Positions 25,201 through 37,500 of a stretch of 64,000 nucleotides of DNA are shown here, one piece after another. The translations under genes and the position numbers were made by a program. Below the pieces are notes generated by a model. It saw only the letters and a list, made by a program, of their open reading frames with translations. It was not told the DNA's origin and searched no databases. The stretch is from Rotaria socialis (Eukaryota): positions 62,001-126,000 of the forward strand of contig CAJNYD010000001.1 of the NCBI GenBank assembly GCA_905331295.1, written 5' to 3'. Every line of letters begins with the position of its first letter. Position 1 is the stretch's first letter.

Positions 25201-27033
25201 TGTCGTTTTATATAAGATTTTAATTTTTCATGTGTTGCAAACCGAGAATAAAATGCGATTTCATGATCAATTGTATATTGTTTAGATGATGATGATGATG
25301 ATGATGGTGTATTAATTTCAAGCTTAAGTAAATATTTAGTTGTAGAAGATTCAACTGATGAAGAAGAAGGCGGAGAAGAAAGATTTTCTCCTTCGTCATT
25401 GATACTTTCTTGAATATCATATTGAGTATGTCCAGGTTTCTTTGTTATAATAAATTTATGAAGATCTTCATTTGTTTTATTATTTATAATCAAATTTTTT
25501 CTCCGCATTTCTTTTAAGTTTTTAATTTCTATTTTTAGAATCTGTTGAAGTAATTCAGATGGGTTTGCAATTGAATTATATTTCTTTTTATCTTGTACAA
25601 ATATAATTTCAATAGAATATTTATTTATTTTATTTTCATCATATGTATCATCATCTTTTAGAAACTCAACGATACCATGAATTATTTTATTTGAATTTTG
25701 ATCATTTGCTGAGGAAGATAAGAACTTGTTATTTAATGAATTTTTATTTGACGCGATTGCTTGTCTAAAAGAAAAAAGATTAATCTTTTAAAATATTATA
25801 AATACAAAAAGATGAAAGATAAACCTTGTTTGAAGGTATTCATCAAATTCAAACTTCGGTTAAATGTTAACGTTCGAGCTCTATAGAAATGATCGACTGT
25901 AAATATGATAGCTATTTTTTTTAGCTTTAACAATGTTGAGTGTCTACGTAAAAATATCTAAGTCTCTTGTTCTGAATTAAATCTTTGAGATTTCCACAAG
26001 AAACAGATTTAGTAGATGAAATGTTAAAATCTCAAATTTCATTCGAATATTTTAACAAAAAATGTCAACCAATTTATTACAGTCTGTTAAGTTCTGTTAC
26101 ATATGATTTTTTGGAAGAAAAAAAAATCTTATTTTCATTTATAAACATTTATTAGAGAAAAAGATCATTTCTTCTTTAAACTTATATATCCAATTTAAAT
26201 CGATTCGAATTCGTATCTAAATACAATGTTGCTTTTTCTCTAAATTAACGAATATTTTCTCAATGTGCATTAATAAAATATGACATTAAGTCTACAATTA
26301 TGAATTATTTTCCTGCCGAGAAAGATTTCTCTTCAAATAGAGATAATTGTTTCAGCTCGATTGATCGAACTTAAATCACTTATGAACTATTTTTATGTAA
26401 ATCAAACAATGATATTCTCTCATAAATTCAACATAGATATTTGGATAAAATATTTGAATCAGTAAAATTTTTTTTTGTGTTAGTAGGATAAATCAAATTT
26501 GTATCTTACTTCTCGTTATTCGAAATAATCAATTCAATTTCTTTATTCGTATCTCCAATAACTGCTCCATAAAAAATATAATCAAGTTTATCATTCTCAG
26601 CACGCGCTTTATCAATTACAGTTTGTCTTGATTGTTTTAATTTATCTGTTAAATACATCAATGGTGATATCTTTGTTTTAACTATATTTTGTTGTTCAGT
26701 TTGTTCTAATATTTTTAATTCATGTACATTGGATGTTCTTTTAACTTGACTACATAAATAAATAAATCTTTCATTATGATGTGAAACTTTAACACATTGA
26801 TGTATCATCCATAAACTATTATTCACATCACGAATTGATGTACCTTGAGGAATAATATGTGTAGACGTAGGGATTTTACGTTTCTGACAAGACTTTGATG
26901 AATTCGTTGCAGATGTTTCAATAAGGGACAAGTCAGAATCAGATGATGACGTTGAATTTAGATCATCGAAGTCACTATCAGATGATGATGAACGAGAACG
27001 GATAACCGGTTTTATCGGCTCTAATTTAACCAT
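22297..27033 (-). CDS. VRK/CK1-family kinase-like protein, probably catalytically inactive (exons ~27033-26510, 25764-24876, 23661-23068, 22971-22677, 22614-22297; a possible extra small exon near 25825-25880 is unresolved)
   Basis: VRK-like segments EIAFYSRFA...IAIPEYISHG...YKFLIMEQY, FIHEKNYVH, SSLDMHL...[23 protein letters not shown]. Acidic tract and basic C-terminus. Confidence 0.8.
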
Positions 27034-27195
27034 CTAAAAAACAGCAAGAAAACAAATAGTTGTAGGAACCAACCAAGTCAGTTTTAACAAATAAATCAAT
27101 AAAAGTAGTGTGAAGATTATCCTTCAAAATATTCCATAGATTGATATGAAAAATTGAAAAATATGACTAAAACGTAGCCGGAACAGTAGAATTAT

Positions 27196-29031
27196 TTAAT
27201 ATGGCCGACGACCACCACGACCACCTCGTCCTCCACGGCCACGTCCACCATAATTCCCACTATGATCCATACCAGCATATTCATTTACAATTTGTTGTTG
27301 ACCTTGATAAGCCATCTGCGGATACGGCTGCATATGAGGATCAACTGCTCCATAGTTTTGTTGTTGATAACCACCAGAATGAGGTCTATCACCACCACCA
27401 CCACCACGTGCCGACCATCCTGCACCTCCTCGATGACCTTAATAAAAATATAAATTTCTAAAGTGAACTTTGTATAATTTCTTTATTAAAATTACCCCTT
27501 TGCTCATTATTTTGATGTTGTTGACCACCTCCACCACGACGTGCACCACCTGCAGAACCTCCTCGTTGGTATGATGGCATTTCTGGAGGGGGTGCTTGCA
27601 ATTCTGTTGTTCGTCCACCACGATCGGGTACCTAAATAACGTGAAATATACGTTTTTTTTATTATCTTACTTTATTTAGCAAAACAAAAAACAGCCATTA
27701 AGAATGCATAAATAAATAATCAAAACAAAGCGCATCGATGTGTTATTCATACATTCCTAACAGAAATTTTATTCACTATCAATAATCTTTTAAAAAATAT
27801 TTTCTTTTATTAACATATTTCTCAGATTACAATCAATTCTAGATAAAATTCTATCTTACTTTTGGCATTAAAATTTTATGAAGTTTTGAACGAGTTGTTG
27901 CTATTTCTTTTGTACCACATGTTTTTTCCGTATGACATAAATCTTCAGTAGTAATAATAAAACAGAATTTCAAATGTAAAATTGGTTTAAAAAACGTTTA
28001 CCTTCACGAGCAGCCATAATATCTTCAATACGTACATTTGGTTCAGCTGTTAATGCTTTACGTCTAGTCATGAAAACATTTGCAATTTCATCTGTTTTAT
28101 CCTAAATTCATATTTAAAGATAAATAATTTATTAATACAATGCTCGCTAATCCGTACTTTTAATCGTTCAGCCCATTTAAATGATTGAATAGTGACATCA
28201 AGTCGTTTGAGTAACAATTCTCGTCGAGTTTTATAATCATCATACAAAACTTTATTTATTTTATGCATTTGCTTCCATTGAATTTCTGACATATTCATTT
28301 TTAATAAAGGTCGACCCAGATGATTTGGCGATAAAGTTTTCAATACTTCACTAACTTTCCCATAAACTTTTGAGCATATTTGCCCAGCTGTTATTCCATC
28401 AGGTGGACGAGGAAAACCAAGAGCTACAAGTAATGCTTTTAGATCTCGAGCTTCGTCACTTTCATATTGCTAAATAAAACAAGAAATTTATTCAAGTTCA
28501 ATAAGAAAGAAAAAAAGAACTAAAAAACCTTTTTGTTCGTTGTACTCTCTATTCCAGTGGCTATTACATTTCGTTTAAAACATTTGTTCATTTTAGCTGC
28601 TTGAATTTCTGTACACAGGAAATCTAAAACAATACACAACTGATGATGATATTATTAAAATCAAATGAAGATAAACCTAATAATTGTAAACGTGATACAC
28701 GATCATTTAATCGATTGTCGCTATTGACAAGATTTTGATAAGGACAACCATAATCTCGTAGAAAACCACCGAGTTCAAGTAAAAAGCTGGATATATCATT
28801 GATCGCTAAAAACAGAAAAGAAAAAAAAAGTTTTAATTAATTTAATGAAGGATCTCCATCAGCTAGTGCACACAATTTATATCTTGTACGAACTCTCCGA
28901 TTGAATAGAATCCATTTAATTCTTGTGTTAGCCATGCTATTAATTTTGCATATGGAAGAAATCCTTCTGATTTTAAATCTGTTGTAAGAGCTTGTTCTAA
29001 CTTAATGTCGTCGTTTAGTTCACCATTATAA
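27196..29031 (-). CDS. FAM98: FAM98 family protein (DUF2465, RGG-rich tail); first exon and start not resolved
   Basis: YNGEL...AKLIAWLTQEL, FLLELGGFLRDYGCPY, DYKTRRELLLKRLDVTIQSFKW, VPDRGGR...PPPEMP, RGG repeats. Confidence 0.88.
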
Positions 29032-30586
29032 CTATAAAGAAAAGCAAGTAATACTATATATGAATTCTTTGATAATCAAATTCTAACCTAGTTTATTAAT
29101 ACGAAAAGTAAACAACTTCCAAAGATGTAAAGATCAGATTTTTAGGAAAAAAACAAATGAGATCAAAGTTCTTCTTAGTAGTTCTATTTATTTTTAATAA
29201 TTTAACAGATTCTCACGAAGACTTTGTTCATTTATTAATCTTCATCACAGTTGTAACTATTCATTTCAAGACTGAAAGTATTTTACTCCGATTCAATCTT
29301 TAAAATATAAAACTAAACAACAAGAATTACTGGCTTTGATACTCTACAATGTTGTTTACATTTTATATGTCTGAAAATGACTGCCAAGATATGTTGATAC
29401 TAAACGAGAGAGAGAGAGACAGATTATTACAAACTATTCAGCTCGATGTCACAATTTTTTCATCAAATATTAATCAAACAACCTTGACAAACGTTAATTT
29501 AATAGCTTGCAATTCTCTGTGGACTATCATTACATAAATTTTGCATTTTTTTCTCGTTTATCTGAAAGAGCATGTCATTCGATCGAGCCTGAAAAAAAGA
29601 TCTTTTTGTTTAAGTTGTTACGTTTGTGTCTGATGAAAAGCTTCCAATCTCAACTAGACTTCAAAGATTTGTTAATTTTTTTCATTTAGCAAAAAGAAAT
29701 AAGAATATTACAAACATACCTTTATCGGATTTTCTAGCTTTATGTGCTCTTTTAAACAAAAGAAAAATATTATATAACAAGGACTCATAGAGAAGAGGCG
29801 ATTGTTAAATTAAATTTCTTGTACTCTGATTCCTTGAATATTTCACGCAGAAAAAACATCATGGTATCAAAGTAACAATTTTACCATAGTCTCTCCATTG
29901 TATTCTCACTATCTGATAAATATATCATGCGATTTGAATATGGTGGGTTCGAAATCAACTTTCATGGAACAACAGCTAACATCAACACATACATCGTTTA
30001 CTAGTTCAATATAAAGTATTGAGATTAGTATAATATACACTATTCTAAATCGAAACTATAGTTTCAATCTATTATAAATGAAAAATATTTTCTAACTGTT
30101 CTTTACAAGTTTCCAAACTGAACAATATTTCGGTTTTTCTTTTTTTTTATTAAGTATCAACTACAAAATAAAGACGAAAATTCAATTTATCATTTCATTC
30201 TTGAACATCAAGTCATTGAAAACAATTTTTCTCGACTTTTCACATGACTCAATCGATTCAAAATGATAGTCGAACTTTCAATAAAAAGAACTATTAAAAA
30301 TTCCTTACTTAATATCATTCAGTGAATCAATAATACCAGCTATCATAGCTAATAATTGCGATCAAAATCTGAAATCAAAGGAAGACCATGAGTGTCATGA
30401 ATAAAAAGCGTTGTTTTCTTCAATGATTATGATATCACCAGGACAAAAAGAATTCTCTGATTATTCGCATGTAAAAAAACACAATTTATCCAAACTAAGT
30501 ACAGTATACTATTCAATCGTAGGATTCATCTTAATAATAATAAAATAATTGCTTGATTAATCAACTGTTATTAATATCATCCTGAT

Positions 30587-31182
30587 TTAGCGACGGGCAA
30601 ACCAATAGAACACACTAGCTCCTCCAACAGCCAGTGCTAATTTACCAAGTTGAATATTTCCCCACGAAGTTAATAATGATCTCGCTTTTTCTGATTTAGC
30701 ATCAAGTGTTAGATACTTCAATTGTTCAGCAACTGGACTTTCAAGCAAAGCACAATATGGAATTCCAGCTGTAAAAGAAAATAACACGCGGATATATTTT
30801 GCTTCCGATGAAACAATTTTTTTCTTTTATTTCACAGTAACTTACCAATCATTAAACCTGAGCCAACAAGCCAATATTTATCTTTTGTTTGTTGATAAGC
30901 GAATGCACCTGAAATGCCACTTATAAATAACAATAAGTTTGTTAAAACTTTAGATCGTTTGTATGTTTCCAGTAGTTCTGGTATGGCATGTTCACCAGAA
31001 ATACTCACACGTGCATCATGATTCACAAGTATTTCTTCTAAACCACCACCAACACTCATAATTGATGTCCATAATGCAAACTAAAAGAAACCTTGTTCGT
31101 AAAAATCAATTACATTCAGTAAACTTACGTGAACACCTTCAGCTGCAATTCTATCAAAAAGACTGCGTTGAACGGCAGACAT
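30587..31182 (-). CDS. DUF1772 / anthrone-oxygenase-like membrane protein (exons 31182-31129, 31080-30846, 30769-30587)
   Basis: YWLVGSGLMIAGIPYCALLESPVAEQL...SEKARSLLTSWGNIQLGKLALAVGG matches the recalled DUF1772 pattern (W...PyT....P.n..L...ar.Ll..Wg.lh..R..l). Confidence 0.65.
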
Positions 31183-31487
31183 TGCTGAATTTTAAAGTTT
31201 TTGATGTAATCTGAAAAAAAATTTATGATGTAAGATGAAAAATGGTGATGCTTACATCAATACTTCTTGCCTTCCTACGTACGACGTTTGGACAAACCGA
31301 CGACAACGCTACATGCAAAAGGAGGAACGCCAATGACTCATTGGTAATAAATACATTTGTGCAAGTTTTGTTTATCATTAACAAAAAAATGAATTCAAAA
31401 ATTAAAGAGAAATATTAAAATAAAATGAAAATTGTCGTTTTTTTGCCTAATTTTTTTATACAAATCATTTTCATTGGAAGTTATATG

Positions 31488-31500
31488 GTTGCTAAGTAAC
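31488..31500 (+). promoter_or_regulatory. RFX X-box upstream of WDR19
   Basis: GTTGCTAAGTAAC imperfect palindrome ~80 nt before the ATG of a ciliary gene. Confidence 0.7.
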
Positions 31501-31577
31501 TATGCAATATGGAACTAATGAATGGTTGAACTTTTTTATTTTATCCTATCGAATTAAAAACATATATCCTATTCAAT

Positions 31578-34500
31578 ATGGCAGCTTCACCTAAAGTATG
31601 ATTTTTGCTCAATAAAAATACAATATTAATTACAGAAAAAATACTTATATTATTTCTATAGCGCTTATTTGCAATTAGTTTCGAAGAAATTGGTGATAAA
31701 CCCAAATTTGCATGGCAAAATGGTCATGGCACACATATAGCTGCTGTTGGGTAAGAGAAGTATTACTTTTTTTAAGAAAAAAATAAAATTAAACTGATAT
31801 GTAGCTCATCGAATATTGTTACTATTCGTAATCGGCAAGGTGATGAAGTTGCTTCGATTCCTTTAAAAGGGTAAGCCATAAGCAAATAGCAATTAATAGG
31901 AAAAACAAGATCTATACATTTTGATTTTGATTCTAGAACATGCTTACAATTGAATTGGGATAAAGATGGAGATACATTAGCAGCTATTACAGAAAAATCA
32001 AATCTAGTTTACTTATGGAATGCCAATAGTCAAAAGGCGACTACTATTGATACACCAGCAAAGTAAGTGGTTGAACTTTTTCTTAAATAATTTTAAAAAA
32101 TAGATAGATAAATCTAGCAATAATGAAATACAAAAAAAAACATGTACTGTACAATAATTGTACATCCTAGTAGTTTGTAAATAATTTTTCAGTGTACAAC
32201 TAATAACTAATAGATACTGTTAGGTCTGACGATAATAATCTTGACGAAAGATCTGTCCAATTTTCTTTATAGAATAGATAGGTAGCATCAATAAAATTTC
32301 GAAAATGTCAAGTTCAATTATTAAAATGTAATTTTTGAAAAGCCAATAGTACTATTGACGTATAGATGTCTTCTTGTTCAGTGTTTGTGGCTACATCAAA
32401 ATCTGTTCGAAATAAGACCAAACTTTGAAGGAATATATTTTAATAAAAATTATGCAGATATTTACTGTTTATCCAGACCCGATCATCAGAAAAAGTCTGC
32501 AAGTACCACAAGTATACAGATCTGAATCATGAGAGAAAATTTTGTTGTAGAACCGATTTTTCTGAAGGATTCACTGCAGAGAATGATGAAATCAGAAGAG
32601 CTAAGCGTGACCTACAAATATTACTCAATTTTTCTGTCCCAATTCAACTCATATCTCAGCACATTTGTTTTCACAAAGCATATAGGCTGCTTTTCAAATA
32701 TCGATTTTTTTTCTTTATTCGATTCGAATAATCGCAGAGAACTGAATGCTTCCTCAATGAAATTTTACTTTTGTAAGTGCTAATCTAAAAAAAACAGTGG
32801 TACATTATATGTTGAAGAAAAATAAAGGGGTTGAAGCATCATAAACGCTTTCTAGTAGTAGTAGTAGTAGTAGTAGAAACAGGTTTCAGTTTGATCTGAT
32901 GCGCTTTGCATGAAAAACAAAAGAAATTCCCCACTTTTTATCAATCAATGGTTCATAGTACAATATAAAGGATGTTTCAGATTGTCAACAGAGATGATAA
33001 GATCTAAATGGAACGCTTGAAAATGTCGAGTAATGCAAAAACGATGGCACGGTCCACTGAAACATTAGTATCTACTTAGTATACTTGACTCAATCAACTA
33101 CAATTGTCATAAAATCCCCCGATTGCCATTCAATTAACTGAAAAGTTTCCATTGAAATTCTCATGCATAGTCTGAAAACTAATTTAAAATCAAACGATAA
33201 AAACTGTATTTTGAATGCTAAATATTTCATTACCATTTATAGAGACTACACTTCTGTAATAGCATGGTCAAAAGCATCTCCTATTCTTGCCATTGGAACA
33301 ACACGTGGTAATATTATTCTCTACGATCAATCAACGGCTAAGTATGAAAATTCTTTTTCTGTTCCGTTCAATTGAACGAACAATATATGATACCTAATCA
33401 AATATTTTAGAAAATTACCTTTAATCGGCCAACATTCTGGCCGTATAACAACAATGGCATGGAGTAAAGATAATCTATTAGCTATAGGTGCTCAGGATAA
33501 TCGAATATCAGTTATGTCATCAAGTGGAACTGTTCTTCAACGGTGTGATACAAATGATACGCCTAGAAATTTAAAATTTTCAGAAATGAAACGAGAAAAA
33601 CGAGGAACTTATGAAGAAAGCACAGTTAGTTTTTGATTATGTTAAAAAGTATCACAAAACAAAATCTATTGTTTTTAGGTAAGTGCAATTATAGGAAAAA
33701 AACATTTAGGTTTATGGACTGTCGGAGATCTAAATAATAGTGCAGCGTCAACTGCAGCTAGTCAGTTGTTTACACTTAATTTTCAAGATAAATATGGAGA
33801 TATTAATGATTATCAATGGTAAGAAGAAGAAAAAAACGAAAATATTCATTTTGAATCGCAGATTTATATAAAAATAATAATAGGTTTGGTGATGGATATA
33901 TTATGATTGGATTTAGTGGAGGTTATTTTATTGTTATTTCAACATATCATAAAGAAATTGGTGAAGTAAATAAAATTAATAATTAATATTTTTTGTTAAA
34001 ACTTAAAAGAAAACAATCTTTTGCTATAGGAATTGCATAAAGCTCGTGATCATAAAGGTTATCTATCAAGCCTAGCAATATCAACAACACTGCATAAAGC
34101 AGCCACATGTGGAAATGGCGGAATTAAAATTCATGAACTATCAGATCAATATGTCATTGATTCAATCATTGCAATAGAAGAAGGACATGATAATTTATCT
34201 GATATTGGTAAGTTACTACTTCTTTTTCGTTTTGCTTCATAGAATTAAATTGATCTATCTATCGATCTGTATATAATAATCTTAGCTTGGAGTGTCGATG
34301 GACAATTATTAGCAGTGTCAAAAACTTCAGGTGCTATTTATGTTTATTTAACAAAATTATCAATGTTAGCAAGTGTTTGGCAGCAAAAAATAGCTTTTAT
34401 GACATCATTATGTGAAGTGTCAATTTATGATCATCAAACAAAAACGAAAGTAAAGAATGAGAAAATATTTTGATAGATGTGTACATATGTTTATTTTTAT

Positions 34501-37500
34501 TTCTAAAAATTTAGATTGATAATGTTCATCTAACAACAGAAATTGAACCGAGTGTATTAGCTATGAGTGATGTTTATATTGCGGTTGGTTTTAATAATCA
34601 TGCTTTATATTATCGTATTCAAAGTTTTGAAGGTTTTTTTTAATTTAAAAGAATAAAATTTTTACTTTTGAATTTTGAATTTTTGATAGACGTTATCAAA
34701 GCATCTGAACATGATTATGTTACTACAATATCAGAATTACAAATCAATTCTCATTACGCAGCTGCTTATATGAATGGACGTCTTCAATTACATATGGTAT
34801 TGTTCACTTCTTTTTATTTGTTTTCTATCTTCAATGAAAAAAAATTTTAGATTGAAGAATCCGAACACCATAGCGAAGAACGTCATTCAATTATGTTTCC
34901 ATTACCTGAAGCAAATGATGGGAAAATTGTTTGTTTCAATCTCACAAAAGACTTTCTTGTCTTTGGTACCGATGTAAGATTAAATTAAATTAGAACATAG
35001 AGGTATTTATCAAGTTACTTTTATTTTTTTTAGAAAGGTACATTAATATTCTTTCATATTGAAGAGTGGCAAATCGTGAATAAATTTGATAAACATAAAA
35101 CAAGTATACAAAAGTTATTCACAGAAAACTTTGGAACATCAATTGCATTTATTGATCAAAAAGGTGACGGATACATATATAATGTCGTAAGTTTATGTTC
35201 ACAGAAATGTTTATAGTTTTACAGAAAAAAACATTTCTTAATTAGTTTTTCGAAAATCCAAGTATTATTCAAATTCCCAATCTTCCTTCAGGAACGAAAT
35301 CTATTATATGGGAAACTAGTTTGGAAAATGAGGTAATATTTTACTTTTATCTTTTTATATTTGAACGATATTTCATGAAGATTTTCTTTCATTGATACAG
35401 CAAAATTCATTTTCAAACAAAATCTGTTTTTCTCGAGAGGATATTATTCTTATAAGTAGAACTGTGTGATGATGGGTTGAACATTCCTTATTGAAGAAAA
35501 AAATGTTTGCTCTAGATGAAAATTTTAAAACATTTAAACAGCTAATCGTTGTATATTTCAAGGAATTTTAGTAGAATAAAGAGTCATAAATCATTAATAC
35601 AATATATAGAAACATAGTATATTGGAACAGTGAATATCAATCGATTCTCAATAAAAAATAGTCATAATTATTTAAAGATATTCCCTAAATTCTAACTCTC
35701 TTGAAAATTTTCTCAGTGAATTATAAATTTCAAAGATAATATACATGTTTCTGATAAGCGAAGTTTTAATACTCATATTAATCACATTAGCTTCAATATT
35801 TGTCTTCTCAATTTATCTATTTTGTTTTTCCTCGTCTTGAATGTCTTACGACATAACTTTCCAATTGAGAATCTATGAAATTACTCGAATAGACATAAAA
35901 TTACTAGTTTTCTCTTTTGTTTATTTTAGTGGATATTTATTAGTTTCGACTCTGATTCGATAACAACATATTCTGTATATCGCGATTCTCTAAAAGGTCC
36001 GCAAATAATGTTTGTCGGCACAACACGTTTACCAATATTCGGTTCAGTTCCACTACTTCTCAATGCTGGTCTTCTTCTTCTACTTGATTCAAGTGGAAAA
36101 ATAGTTCAAACTAAATTAGACACATATGGATTTTTAAATGACTCAACTGAACAAGAATATACACTTGATGATGCCGTAGGTCGATTATCGAAAGCAATTC
36201 TTATGAAACGGTAGTCAATTGAGAAAAAAATCTAACAACTAATAATTCCTAAAATTTTATTGAAATTTTTAAAGATACGATGATGCAATATTTTGGGCTA
36301 AACAACTTAACGATAGTAGTGAATGGAATAAATTGGCAACTGCTTTACTTTATTCATTGAATATTGATTATGGTAAACAAAGAACAATTCATCTTGATAG
36401 TTTTATGTCTTTAATTGATATCATTTAGCCATAAAAGTTTTTCGAGAAATTGGTCATTCAGGAATGGTCATGGCACTTGAAGAAATAAAAGTAAAATAAT
36501 TATCTTTTTATTCCAAAAAAAAATATATATATATATATAATTTACTTTATTTAAAGCATGTGGAAGATAAAAGTCTTGTTTCTGCACATTTTGCTGCTCT
36601 TTTCGGTGACTATGATCTTGCACAAGAACTTTTCCTTAAATGTGGTTGTCCACTTGAAGCATTGAATGTAAAAAAAATGAAAAATTTTATCTCAAAGAAT
36701 GCTTTAACTATTTAAAGATAATTATATTTAGATGCGACGAGATTGCATGCAATTTGAAGCAGCTATGACACTTTCAAAAGCTTATGATCCTGAACAAATA
36801 CCTTATATATCAGCATCACATGCTGAACAACTTGAATTTACGTACGAAAATCAGCTCATTTGAAAATTCATCAGTAAAATCGATTTTTTTTTCTCTTGTA
36901 GTGGCGACTCAAGTGCAGCAGTTAAATTTTATGAACAAGGTATCACTAAAAAAGAAAAAGATATACATCATGATCAACGATGTTTCATTGGTCTTGCTCG
37001 TTGTTATATTAAAGTTGGAGATATCAAAAAGTAAAATGAATAGAAATAAAAACAGAATTATTTATTGAATTTTATTTCTTTAAAGAGGTACTACAATTGC
37101 ATTACGTTTGCCTGGAAAAGAAATCAAAGAAGAATGCGCAAAATTACTTGAAGGATTGAAGCAATGGCCTGAAGCTGCCGAATTATTCGAAAAAGCTGAA
37201 AGTTGGGATAGCGCAGCTATAGCCTATATTAAAATAAAAAATTGGTGTGTACATCTTTTAGTTTACATACTTTTCAATAAGATTTAGTTGATTGCTGGTT
37301 TATTCTGACTCACTAATTGTGATCATATTTCAGTATATTGATATCTCGTACCTATCTTCTGTGTGTACTTGAAGAATTTTGAACGAGATTTATTTCGAAC
37401 TGTTTAGAGATGCTTTGATCTTTTTCAATAGATCCATCAAAAACAATATCTTAGCAGTTGTTGTCAAAATTTTGAATTTTATTTTTATCTGAAAAAAAAT

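Noticed and set aside
27201..27461. His-rich plus-strand ORFs
   Set aside because: Antisense of the FAM98 RGG-rich exon.
32796..33059. CAGTGG...CCACTG possible MITE in a WDR19 intron
   Set aside because: Only a 6-bp inverted match and no TA TSD.
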